DNA of 64,000 nucleotides from Dehalococcoidia bacterium (GCA_965221065.1 OZ244861.1:2062984-2126983), one strand, 5' to 3'; counted from the first letter of the stretch, positions 45,085-53,553 are shown. The notes: generated by a model from the letters alone, not told the origin. Program-made: numbers and translations.

Positions 45085-46794
45085 CTACCGGGCGCCGCGA
45101 ATCAGCTGACCCGGTCGAGCACCCGTCTCCTCACCGTGCCGGCTGATCACTTCACCGCTCACGATCGTCGCCACGTACCCGCGCGACTTCTGGATCAGAC
45201 GCATTGCCTCGGTCGGCAGATCATGAACCGCCTGGGGCGGCTCCAACTGCAGGGCTTCGTAGTCAATCACGTTGACGTCGCCCTTCTTGCCAACCTCAAG
45301 CGTGCCTCGGTCGCCCAGGCCGTACAGCTCTGCCGTGTCATTGGTCATCCGCTTGACAACCCACTCCAGCGGCAGCTTCTCGCCGCGGCTGCGGTCGCGC
45401 GACCAGTGAGTCAACATGAACGTCGGCATTGAGGCGTCGCAGATCACGCCGCAGTGCGCGCCTCCGTCCGACAGTCCCATCGCCACGCGCGGGTGCATCA
45501 TCATCTCGCGCGTCGCGTCGAGGTTGTTGTGCGCGTAGTTGAACAGCGGCGCGAACAGCACATTCTCGCCGTCGCCCTCGCTCAGGAAGTCGTACGCGAA
45601 CTCCAGCGCCGTTTGACCGGCCGCCTCCGAGCGCGCCGCCACCGACTCCTCCGCGGTCGGCTCGTAGTTCGGCGGGTCGGTCATCGGGTAGAGCTTGTTC
45701 CACATCACAAAGCCGAGCGCCGCATCCGGTGCCTCGACTTCCGCGAGGATCTTCTCCTTGCGCTGCGGATCCCGCATCGCCTCCGCACGCTCAGCCCAGT
45801 CGAGCTCGTCCAGCTCGCGGTAGCTGGCCGAGTGGATGAACGGGTGCCGTCCGCGCAGCGTCAGCAGTATCGAGATTCCGCGCGCTGCGACCTGCGGGTA
45901 CAGCTCGGCGCCGTCCTCCAGCGCTTCGAGCGAGCGGTCGAGCGCATCGCGCCACGCCTCCGGCTCGTTGTCGAACTGGACCATGGCGAAGCTCACCGGC
46001 CGCTCGATCTCCGCCGAGAGCTTCCGCATCCAGGCGATCTCCAGCTCGGGCGTGTTGGCGTCGTCGCCGGTCACTCCGGCCGGAGCCACCTCGTAGATCC
46101 CGGTGCCGAGTTCTTTGAGCGCCTGACCGATCCCGAACAGCTCGTCCTCGGCGGCAAACGTGCCGGGCACCGGCTCGCCGTCGATGGCCCGGTGCGCCAG
46201 CGTCCGCGAGGTCGTGAAGCCGAGCGCGCCGGCCTGCAGACCTTCCTTGACGATCGACGCCATCTCTTGGATGTCTTCCGGGTTGGCGTCCTCATTGCGC
46301 GCCCCGCGGTCGCCCATCACATAGGCGCGAACGGCGCCGTGCGGCACCTGCGTGCCGATATCGATCGCCTTCGGCAGTGTGTCGAGGAAGTCGAGGTACT
46401 CGGGGAACGATTCCCAGCCCCACTGCATGCCCTCGGCCAGGGCCGACCCGGGGATGTCCTCCACCCCCTCCATCAGCCCGATCAGCCAGTCGCGTCGATT
46501 CGGCGCTGCCGGCGCAAACCCAACCCCGCAGTTGCCGAACACTACCGTCGTCACGCCGTGCCAGAACGACGGCGTCAGCAGCGGGTCCCACGTGATCTGC
46601 CCGTCGAAGTGGGTGTGAATGTCGACGAAGCCCGGTGTCACGAGCAGGCCGTCGGCGTCGATTTCCTCGCGCCCCAGGTCGTTCACTTCGCCAATGGCGG
46701 CCACAACGCCGTCGTCAATGGCAATATCGGCCTGCCGCGCCGCAGCGCCGGTGCCGTCCACAACGAGGCCGTTGCGAATCACAAGATCGTGCAT
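45085..46794 (-). CDS. N-acyl-D-amino-acid deacylase (D-aminoacylase) family amidohydrolase
   Basis: From ATG 46794 (AAGGAA ribosome-binding site): MHDLVIRNGLVVDGTG...GFVDIHTHFDG metal-binding motif; ~569 aa. The further 126 in-frame upstream codons are the Gly-rich translation of a C-rich repeat region and are unlikely to be coding. Confidence 0.75.
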   Translation of the reverse strand: MHDLVIRNGLVVDGTGAAARQADIAIDDGVVAAIGEVNDLGREEIDADGLLVTPGFVDIHTHFDGQITWDPLLTPSFWHGVTTVVFGNCGVGFAPAAPNRRDWLIGLMEGVEDIPGSALAEGMQWGWESFPEYLDFLDTLPKAIDIGTQVPHGAVRAYVMGDRGARNEDANPEDIQEMASIVKEGLQAGALGFTTSRTLAHRAIDGEPVPGTFAAEDELFGIGQALKELGTGIYEVAPAGVTGDDANTPELEIAWMRKLSAEIERPVSFAMVQFDNEPEAWRDALDRSLEALEDGAELYPQVAARGISILLTLRGRHPFIHSASYRELDELDWAERAEAMRDPQRKEKILAEVEAPDAALGFVMWNKLYPMTDPPNYEPTAEESVAARSEAAGQTALEFAYDFLSEGDGENVLFAPLFNYAHNNLDATREMMMHPRVAMGLSDGGAHCGVICDASMPTFMLTHWSRDRSRGEKLPLEWVVKRMTNDTAELYGLGDRGTLEVGKKGDVNVIDYEALQLEPPQAVHDLPTEAMRLIQKSRGYVATIVSGEVISRHGEETGARPGQLIRGAR

Positions 46795-46954
46795 GGTGGT
46801 TCCTTCAGATTGCGGGATACGAGTCGCGGTAGGCACAGTATGCCAGATCACGCAGCCCCCACTCCCGCTCCCACCCCCTCCACCAACACCGCCCCCCCCA
46901 CATCCCCCCGTACCCCCTCTCCCCCCACCGAAGCCGCCCTCGCCCAACTCAAAG

Positions 46955-46980
46955 TCGCCCCCGCGCAGGCGGGGGCCGCC
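46955..46980. repeat. GC-rich hairpin GCCCCCGC-gcag-GCGGGGGC
   Basis: Perfect 8-bp stem with GCAG loop; same stem/loop family as neighbouring repeats. Confidence 0.45.
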
Positions 46981-47055
46981 CCCTACGCCCACGTCCCCTC
47001 TTACTCCCTCTCCCTCTGGGAGAGGGCCGGGGTGAGGGTCCCTTCCCCCGCTCCC

Positions 47056-47109
47056 ATCTCCCCCCGCCGTCAGGCGGGGGGAGATGTCACGTAGTGACAG
47101 AGGGGGGCA
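47056..47109. repeat. composite hairpin repeat, copy 2: CATCTCCCCCCGCC-gtca-GGCGGGGGGAGATG + TGTCAC-gta-GTGACA + GAGGGGGGC
   Basis: Perfect 14-bp stem, second 6-bp palindrome, shared tail. Its minus-strand translation (PPLSLRDISPRL) recurs at copy 3. Confidence 0.6.
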
Positions 47110-47195
47110 CGCCACACCCCGAGGGCATCTCCCATCCGCCCCAAACCCCATACAATCAGAACATACGTACACCTACGAGATCAGGAGCCCCAACC

Positions 47196-47522
47196 ATGCC
47201 CAACCCCTACCACTTCCGAGCCCGCATCGACCGACTCTGGCGCCGAGCCAACAGCTCCCTCCCCGGCTACATCCGGCTCAAGGCCCTCGACACCGTCGCC
47301 CGAGAGCTCTACCGCCCCACCGACAAGGCCCGTCAAAACCTCAAGATGTACCTCGCCACCGACCCCTACGAAGTCGCCCGCCACAAACTCCGCCACCTCC
47401 ACGATGTCGCCCTCGCGCTCCCCTCTCCCCCCGCCGCAGGCGGGGGGAGATGTCTCGTAGAGACAGAGGGGGGCCTCCCACAGGACGAGCAACCACCTGA
47501 CGAAGACGACGACCCCCTGTAA
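47196..47522 (+). CDS. hypothetical small protein (~108 aa; about the last 30 aa are read through repeat copy 3)
   Basis: ATG 47196 with AGGAG ribosome-binding site 8 nt upstream; MPNPYHFRARIDRLWRRANSSLPGYIRLKALDTVARELYRPTDKARQNLKMYLATDPYEVARHKL...; no recognisable family. Confidence 0.4.
   Translation: MPNPYHFRARIDRLWRRANSSLPGYIRLKALDTVARELYRPTDKARQNLKMYLATDPYEVARHKLRHLHDVALALPSPPAAGGGRCLVETEGGLPQDEQPPDEDDDPL
47424..47480. repeat. composite hairpin repeat, copy 3: TCTCCCCCCGCC-gca-GGCGGGGGGAGA + TGTCTC-gta-GAGACA + GAGGGGGGC
   Basis: Direct-orientation near-copy of 47056-47109, lying inside the 3' end of the small ORF. Confidence 0.6.
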
Positions 47523-47574
47523 CCGCCAACCTCATCTCTTTTTTTCCCGCGCGTTTTTTCCTGACGGGGATACA
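47523..47574. terminator. T-rich tract (T7...CCCGCGCG...T6) between the convergent small ORF (+) and membrane-protein gene (-); possible bidirectional terminator
   Basis: T runs of this length are extremely unusual in a ~68% GC background; no strong upstream stem is seen, so the assignment is tentative. Confidence 0.3.
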
Positions 47575-47931
47575 TCATCCCCCGGCCACGTCGCGCCCCC
47601 GCTCGGGAGCAACGGCCAGGAAGGGGAAGAGAGCGATGAACGTGAGCAAGCTGGCCAGACCCCAGCGCACCGGACTTCTCCCCTTGACTGCCGCCAGCCA
47701 GGCCGCCAGCGCCGCGTAGCCAACCCAGAGCACACCCCAGGTCCAACCGACCGTATCGGCGAAATCGGCCGGCCCGTCCGCATCCGATGACACCTCGGCC
47801 GTCGAGTTGGAACCCGTCGAGGACTCGACGTAGTTGATCGCGACAACGATCAGAGGAATCCAGATGGCGTACAGCAGCAGCGCAATCGCCAACCGATCCC
47901 GCGGCCACAGCCGGCGACGCAGTCCGGACAC
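47575..47931 (-). CDS. hypothetical small membrane protein (2-3 predicted TM helices)
   Basis: Hydrophobic segments LAIALLLYAIWIPLIVVAINYV, WGVLWVGYAALAAWLAAV, LASLLTFIALFPFLAVA; immediately downstream of the SGL paralogs. Confidence 0.5.
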   Translation of the reverse strand: MSGLRRRLWPRDRLAIALLLYAIWIPLIVVAINYVESSTGSNSTAEVSSDADGPADFADTVGWTWGVLWVGYAALAAWLAAVKGRSPVRWGLASLLTFIALFPFLAVAPERGRDVAGG

Positions 47932-47935
47932 GCCG

Positions 47936-48889
47936 CTAGCGCTGGTGGACCAGGGGCTCGCCGGGGATAGGCGAACGGGCGTGCAGGACGTAGTCAGTGG
48001 TAATCGAACCGATGTAGAGGTCGCGCATGTCGTCGCCGCCCCAACTGACGTTGGTCGGGTTCTGCATGATCTCGCCGTCGAGGTCTTCGATCATCGTCAC
48101 CACCTCGAGCTGCGGTGTGATTGCAACGACCTTGTTCGACATCACCAGCGTCACCCAGAGATTGCCCTCCTGGTCGAAGCCGCAGCCGTCGGTCAGACCG
48201 AGCTCACCGCGCTCTTCGGGCGAGAGGGGCTGCATCGCGTCGGCAAGGGCGATCGACTTGCCCAGCTGCGGGCCGTAGACCTCGGACTCGCCGAGCGTGC
48301 CGTCGGCGTGGATCGGGAAGCGCAGTACATGGCAGCCGCTCGTGGAGCAGACGTAGGCGTTCTCTTCGCGCGGGTCGAGCGTGATTCCGTTGGGGAACTC
48401 GACCTCGGTGGCGAGCATGGTCAGCGAGCCGTCCGTCTCGATCCGGAAGAGGAGGCCGTCGGGACCGCCGGCGGCGAGCGCGGCGTCTCCCGTGCGCGAA
48501 GTCGAGTGCGTGACCCAGATGCGGCCCTGAGAATCGACGTGGGGATAGTTGGACATGACCAGCGGGATGCCGTCGATCTCATCGGCGAGGACTTCAACCT
48601 CGCCGGTGTCGACGTCGAGCCGCTGCACCGGGCCGCTCGCGCCGCCGCCGTCGAGTCCGCCGACGTTGGCGATGATGATCCGGCCTTCGAGGTCCATGTT
48701 GTTGCCGTTGGGCAACCCGCCCGCGTTGCCGACGCGGTTGAGCGTGCCATCGGGCAGGGCCTCGGCGGCTGCCGAGGCCTGGTCGGCCATCCAGACGCGG
48801 CCGTCGCGCGAGACGACGACATCCTCCGGTCGCTGGACGCCGACGCCGACTTTGCTGAGTTGGTCCTTGCGGATTGGTGTGAGGGGCAT
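47936..48889 (-). CDS. SMP-30/gluconolactonase/LRE-like (SGL) six-bladed beta-propeller protein, paralog A
   Basis: From M 48889: MPLTPIRKDQLSKVGVGVQRPEDVVVSRDGRVWMAD...; repeated ...DSQGRIWVT..., ...DQEGNLWVT... blade motifs typical of lactonase/strictosidine-synthase-like propellers. Confidence 0.6.
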   Translation of the reverse strand: MPLTPIRKDQLSKVGVGVQRPEDVVVSRDGRVWMADQASAAAEALPDGTLNRVGNAGGLPNGNNMDLEGRIIIANVGGLDGGGASGPVQRLDVDTGEVEVLADEIDGIPLVMSNYPHVDSQGRIWVTHSTSRTGDAALAAGGPDGLLFRIETDGSLTMLATEVEFPNGITLDPREENAYVCSTSGCHVLRFPIHADGTLGESEVYGPQLGKSIALADAMQPLSPEERGELGLTDGCGFDQEGNLWVTLVMSNKVVAITPQLEVVTMIEDLDGEIMQNPTNVSWGGDDMRDLYIGSITTDYVLHARSPIPGEPLVHQR

Positions 48890-49065
48890 GGTGGTTTCTA
48901 GGTTGCAGCCTGTCTCGTTGCGCAAACTCACGCGGCGAGAGTCTAGCTGACGGTGAGGAAGTCGGTTGTACTCGAGCAACGATTGCGCCGCACGCACTCC
49001 GCACAGCCCGGCGTGTGCGCCTGGCCGACGGGCCGTCCATGCCGAATGACCGACACGTATGGCCG

Positions 49066-50016
49066 TTAGCGCTGATGGACCAGCGGCTCCCCGGGAATCG
49101 GCGAGCGGGCGTGGACGACGTAGTTGCTTCGGATTGAGCCGATGTACAGGTCGCTCATGTCGTTGCCGCCCCAGCTGACGTTGGTGGGCGCCTGCATGAT
49201 CTCGCCCTCGAGGTCCTCGATCATCGTGACGACCTCGAACTGCGGCGTGATCGCGACGACCTTGTTCGACATCGGCAGCGTGACCCAGAGGTTGCCCTCC
49301 TGGTCGAAACCGCAGCCATCGGTCAGGCCCAGCTCGCCGCGCTGCTCAGCCGACAACGGGCGCATGGCGGCCAGGTCCGCGACCGTCTTGCCCAGTTGAG
49401 GTCCGTAGACCTCGCGCTCGCCGAGCGAGCCGTCCTCGTTGATCGGGAAGCGCAGCACGTGGCAACCCAAGGTCGAGCAGACGTAGGCGTTCTCTTCCTG
49501 TGGGTCGAGCGTGATGCCGTTGGCGAACAAGATGTCAGTCGCGAGCATCGTCAGCGAACCGTCGGTCTCGATGCGGAAGAGGAAGCCGTCAGGCTCGCCG
49601 GAGAACGCGTCGGCACCCGACTGCGACGTCGAGTGGGTCACCCAGATGCGCCCCTGCGAGTCGACGTGCGGGTAATTGGACGAGACCAGCGGGATCCCGT
49701 CGATCTGATCCGCCAGCACCTCAATCTCGCCGCTCTCCACATCAAGGCGCTGGACCGGACCTCTGCCGCCCGGCGTCTCGAGTCCGCCGACATTGGCGAT
49801 GACGATCCGGCCTTCGGCGTCCATGTTGATCCCGTTGGGCGTCCCGCCGGCATTGCCGACTCGGTTCAGCGTGCCATCGGGCAGCGCCTCGACGACGGCC
49901 GACTCGGGGTCGGCGAGCCAGACGCGTCCGTCTCGGGAGACGACGACATCTTCCGGTCGTTGCGCGCCAACGCCGACTTTGCTGAGTTGGTCCTTGCGGA
50001 TTGGGGTGAGGGGCAT
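49066..50016 (-). CDS. SMP-30/gluconolactonase/LRE-like (SGL) beta-propeller protein, paralog B (~80% identical to A)
   Basis: From M 50016: MPLTPIRKDQLSKVGVGAQRPEDVVVSRDGRVWLAD...; colinear with paralog A over its full length. Confidence 0.6.
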   Translation of the reverse strand: MPLTPIRKDQLSKVGVGAQRPEDVVVSRDGRVWLADPESAVVEALPDGTLNRVGNAGGTPNGINMDAEGRIVIANVGGLETPGGRGPVQRLDVESGEIEVLADQIDGIPLVSSNYPHVDSQGRIWVTHSTSQSGADAFSGEPDGFLFRIETDGSLTMLATDILFANGITLDPQEENAYVCSTLGCHVLRFPINEDGSLGEREVYGPQLGKTVADLAAMRPLSAEQRGELGLTDGCGFDQEGNLWVTLPMSNKVVAITPQFEVVTMIEDLEGEIMQAPTNVSWGGNDMSDLYIGSIRSNYVVHARSPIPGEPLVHQR

Positions 50017-50030
50017 GTGGTTGATCCTGT

Positions 50031-51557
50031 CTAGGAAACGACGTCGTCCCAGACGCCGACTTCGGGCCCGCGCCAGTCGTGCTCGACCCGCGGATTGTCG
50101 CCGAGCACCTGGATCGGTTTGGCGCCGGCGTCCCAGGCGGGGGCGTCGACGCCGGCACCGGCGGGGTTGCCGGTCTTGGCGAAGTTGAGCCACGTGTCCA
50201 TCGTCAACTCAGAGAACGCGTCGGCGACAGGTCCGCTTCCACAAAACTCGGGTGCCGCGTCGTGCGTCCCGAAGACGAAGGGCAGCTCGAGCGCATGGCA
50301 GGAACCCAGCGCCCCGTTCATGCCCGGAGACTTCCAGTCGAACAGGTAGGCATACGTCGGAGCACGCGAGGTCTGCGCGTCGGCGAGCCGGAGACCTGGG
50401 ACGCGCAGCATGATGTCTCCGATCGCGGCCACGAAGATCTCGTCGGCCGAGTCGTCCTCGCCACGCTCGCGCCTGGCTGCTCGATACGTGCCATAGGCCG
50501 ACTCCGGTTCCGGGTGCATCATCCCGAACATCGCGGTAGCCGCCTCGTCGGTCATCGGTTCCGTCGGTCCCGCCGCGAGCAGCAGCTTCATCTCTTCATC
50601 GAGCGATCCGACCAGCGTCGCCACGCCGTCGGCCGAGCCGTTGCGGATGTGGTCGATAGGCAGTTGCGAGAGAAACGCCCCATCGATCACAGGCTGGAAC
50701 GGCATCTGCGGTGTGGCCGATGCGCCGGCGTCCGCCATGTCGGCTGCGGATTCTGCGCTCGCGAGGGGGTCAACGGCGACCGACGCCGCCAGGATGTCGG
50801 AAGCGTCCGCCGCCATCAACGCGTCGACATCCTCCGGCTCCACGCCGAGCGCCGCGCAGAACTTGAACGCAGTGCCGTTGGTCTCCTCAACGCTGAGCGC
50901 ATTGTGCCCGGCGCCGCTCTGGGGGATCGCCTTCTGGAACAGCCCGGCCGCCTCCGGCGAGGCCATCAGCGAGGCGACGCTCATCCCGCCCGCCGACTCG
51001 CCGAAGATCGTCACGTTGCTAGGGTCGCCGCCGAAGTTGGCGATGTTCTGCTGCACCCACTTGAGCGCCGCGACCTGGTCGCGCATGCCGAAGTTGGTCT
51101 GGCCGAGCGCAGGTAGGTTCAGGAAGCCGAGCGCGCCGAGTCGGTAGTTGATCGTCACGATCACCACGTCGCCGCGGGAGGCGAGGTTGGCGCCGTCGTA
51201 GTAGTCCTCGCTGCCGGAGCCGATCGTGAACGCGCCCCCGTGGATCCAGACCATGACCGGCCGCGCGCCGTCCAGACCGGGCGTCCAGACGTTGAGGTAG
51301 AGGCAGTCCTCGCTCTGCGGCTGCGGCGGGTCGGAGACCGGCAGCAGAGCCTCCAGCATCTCGTTGGGCGCCTGGAGCGAGATCGGGCCGAACGACTTGG
51401 CCGCGCGAACGCCCTCCCAGGATTCGACTGGTTGCGGCGCTTTGAAGCGAAGCTCGCCAACCGGCGGCGCGGCGAATGGGACACCGCGGAACACGCAGAG
51501 TCCGTTCTCTTCCGATCCCTCGATCGTTCCGGCAGTGGTTTGCGCGATGGCGCTCAT
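50031..51557 (-). CDS. type-B carboxylesterase/lipase family protein
   Basis: GESAGG nucleophile elbow, ...VWIHGGAF... oxyanion motif; AAGGAGACG ribosome-binding site upstream. Confidence 0.8.
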   Translation of the reverse strand: MSAIAQTTAGTIEGSEENGLCVFRGVPFAAPPVGELRFKAPQPVESWEGVRAAKSFGPISLQAPNEMLEALLPVSDPPQPQSEDCLYLNVWTPGLDGARPVMVWIHGGAFTIGSGSEDYYDGANLASRGDVVIVTINYRLGALGFLNLPALGQTNFGMRDQVAALKWVQQNIANFGGDPSNVTIFGESAGGMSVASLMASPEAAGLFQKAIPQSGAGHNALSVEETNGTAFKFCAALGVEPEDVDALMAADASDILAASVAVDPLASAESAADMADAGASATPQMPFQPVIDGAFLSQLPIDHIRNGSADGVATLVGSLDEEMKLLLAAGPTEPMTDEAATAMFGMMHPEPESAYGTYRAARRERGEDDSADEIFVAAIGDIMLRVPGLRLADAQTSRAPTYAYLFDWKSPGMNGALGSCHALELPFVFGTHDAAPEFCGSGPVADAFSELTMDTWLNFAKTGNPAGAGVDAPAWDAGAKPIQVLGDNPRVEHDWRGPEVGVWDDVVS

Positions 51558-51608
51558 TGTTCGTCTCCTTCGTCGGTATTGAAACTAAGTGAGGCTACAT
51601 CTTTGGAG

Positions 51609-52298
51609 TCAGTCGTAGATGAAGTCGTCGGCGCCCGGACAGCGATCGATCAATACGCATTCGCCACACCTGGGTCGCTGCTTGTGACAAACCCGCCGAC
51701 CGTGGCGGATCAGCGTGACGTGGAAGTCGTAGTACTTGTCGGGCGGGAGCTGCGCCTCAAGCATGTCGTGCGCGGGAACCGCAGCAACCTTGGAGCCAAT
51801 CAGACCAAGCCGCTGGGCAACGCGGTGGACGTGAGTATCCACGGGCAGAGCCGGTCGACCGAGCGAGAACAGCAGCACGCAGGCGGCAGTCTTGGGTCCC
51901 ACGCCCGGCAGTTCGGTCAGCCACGCCTTCGCCTCATCGATCGGCATCTGCTCGAGCCGCGAGGCGTCCCAATCGCCCCCCAATCGATCCCGCAGCATGG
52001 CCAGCAACGCCTGCATTCTCGGCGCCTTGGTCCGCGCAAGACCGCCCGGGCGGATGGTCTCTTCCAACTCCTCGACCGGCGCTTCGAGTACGGCATCCCA
52101 GTCGGGATAGCGCTTCAGCAGTTGCTGAAAGGCCCGCCCGGAGTTGGTATCCGACGTGTTCTGCGAGAGCAGGGTCAGCACCAACTCAGTCACCGGATCA
52201 TTCGTCGCCCGCCAGGGCGTCAGCGGAGCCTCCCGGATCAACCGGTTGATAATCGCGGTCGGCCGCAGCGGTCTGGGAGTACTGCGTCGGCGAGGCAT
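51609..52298 (-). CDS. nth: endonuclease III (HhH-GPD with [4Fe-4S] cluster)
   Basis: ...LPGVGPKTAA... HhH motif and C-terminal Cx6Cx2Cx5C (CHKQRPRCGECVLIDRC). Confidence 0.8.
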   Translation of the reverse strand: MPRRRSTPRPLRPTAIINRLIREAPLTPWRATNDPVTELVLTLLSQNTSDTNSGRAFQQLLKRYPDWDAVLEAPVEELEETIRPGGLARTKAPRMQALLAMLRDRLGGDWDASRLEQMPIDEAKAWLTELPGVGPKTAACVLLFSLGRPALPVDTHVHRVAQRLGLIGSKVAAVPAHDMLEAQLPPDKYYDFHVTLIRHGRRVCHKQRPRCGECVLIDRCPGADDFIYD

Positions 52299-53464
52299 CA
52301 GGCACCTCCGCTCAGCGTGTGAGCTAGGCGCGCGTTGAACGGCAACACCGACAGCTCATCCGAATACGTGCTGTCGCCGCGCATGACGCGAAAGAACGCT
52401 CGCCAGAGGTAGTTGACGTGCTTCGAAGCCGTCAGCGCCAACCAGGGCCAGGTCGTGACGCACCAGTAGTAGAGCCGAGAAATGGTCCGGGCGGCGTCCA
52501 GTTCGGGCTGAATCTCGCGGTTGACCGACCTGGTGTACGCACCGGCAGGAGCGTCGGCGGTCAACACCGCCTGAGCGGCGAGGTTTGCGGAGTGGACGGC
52601 GTAAGCGATCCCCTCAGCCGTGAACTCGTCGGCCAGACCGGCGGCATCCCCGAGCAACAGCGCGCGCTCCGCGGCGACCGGTTCGACGATCGAGCGCCGA
52701 TACCGAATCGGGTGACCCTGCACATCGATCACGTCGGCCTCTTCGAGTCCGAGCCGGCGCAGGTAGCGGTCGGTCTGCTTGCGAATCGAGCGGCCTCGCC
52801 TGGGGGCGGCAACAACACCGACGGAGAGCTTGCCGTCCTTGGGGAACACCCAGCCGTAGCCCCATGGTCGGTAGCCGACATCAACGTTGGCGGCCTCATG
52901 CCAGTGCTCGAGCGCCGCAGTGGGCGCGGCCACTTCGACTTCGTATGCGGCGCTGCGAGTCGGTGCGGCGTCGATACCCAGCCAACGCGAGATCGGACCC
53001 GTGGCGCCGTCGGCCGCGAGGATGTACCGCGCGTTGACCGCTCCCGATGGAGTTTCGACCTCATAGGAGCCATCTGATTCTGAGATTGACTGAACCGAAG
53101 TCCCGTCACGCACAATTGCGCCAGAAGCGGCCGCGAGATCGGTCAGGAACTGGTCAAAGCGGTCGCGCATCACCATCCACGCAAGCGGCCACGCCGACGT
53201 CTTGCGAAACTGATGACACCCGAAACGCGAGACATCGATCGTGTCGACATAGCCCTCGCTGACCGGCGAGATGTCGAGGTCATCCAGGAGTTGCAGCGTT
53301 CTGGCCGGGACTCCACCGCCGCAGGCCTTGTAGCGGGGCAGCAATTGCTTCTCCAGCAGCAGGGTCGACGCGCCGGCGTCGCTCAGCCGTCGGGCGGCCG
53401 TCGCGCCGGCAGGGCCGGCACCAACCACTACCGCATCCCAAACCCGCTGGCCGTTCCTCGTCAT
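52298..53464 (-). CDS. FAD-dependent oxidoreductase, geranylgeranyl-reductase family
   Basis: N-terminal VVGAGPAGATAA dinucleotide motif, ...LLGDAAG... second motif; ~388 aa. Confidence 0.65.
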   Translation of the reverse strand: MTRNGQRVWDAVVVGAGPAGATAARRLSDAGASTLLLEKQLLPRYKACGGGVPARTLQLLDDLDISPVSEGYVDTIDVSRFGCHQFRKTSAWPLAWMVMRDRFDQFLTDLAAASGAIVRDGTSVQSISESDGSYEVETPSGAVNARYILAADGATGPISRWLGIDAAPTRSAAYEVEVAAPTAALEHWHEAANVDVGYRPWGYGWVFPKDGKLSVGVVAAPRRGRSIRKQTDRYLRRLGLEEADVIDVQGHPIRYRRSIVEPVAAERALLLGDAAGLADEFTAEGIAYAVHSANLAAQAVLTADAPAGAYTRSVNREIQPELDAARTISRLYYWCVTTWPWLALTASKHVNYLWRAFFRVMRGDSTYSDELSVLPFNARLAHTLSGGA

Positions 53465-53553
53465 GGTTGATCAGCGTATCGGGAGGGTTGTCTATACTTT
53501 GTGCGCCTGCGAGCAGGTCGCAGGCTGGTGTGCAGAGACCCGAGGAGCCAAGC

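Noticed and set aside
46795-47172. 126-codon in-frame N-terminal extension of the D-aminoacylase ORF (Gly-rich: ...GGGRGGTGGCGGGGVGGGGGSGSGG...)
   Set aside because: It is simply the translation of the C-rich repeat/G4 tract. The conserved amidohydrolase N-terminus (MHDLVIRNGLVVDG) starts at ATG 46794, which has an AAGGAA ribosome-binding site.
47094-47195. Longer N-terminus (from 47094) for the small ORF
   Set aside because: The upstream 34 codons are read through repeat copy 2. An internal ATG at 47196 has a proper AGGAG ribosome-binding site, so the shorter form is more plausible.
44956-47480. CRISPR array
   Set aside because: The repeats are few and of unequal spacing (about 2 kb, 80 bp, 370 bp) and are themselves internally palindromic GC-hairpins. 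No cas genes are present. They are better described as a REP/MITE-like family.
53465-53553. Promoter call in the divergent GGR-like / acyl-CoA dehydrogenase spacer (TATACT at about 53501)
   Set aside because: The -10-like hexamer is present but no -35 at acceptable spacing. Confidence is too low to list as a feature.
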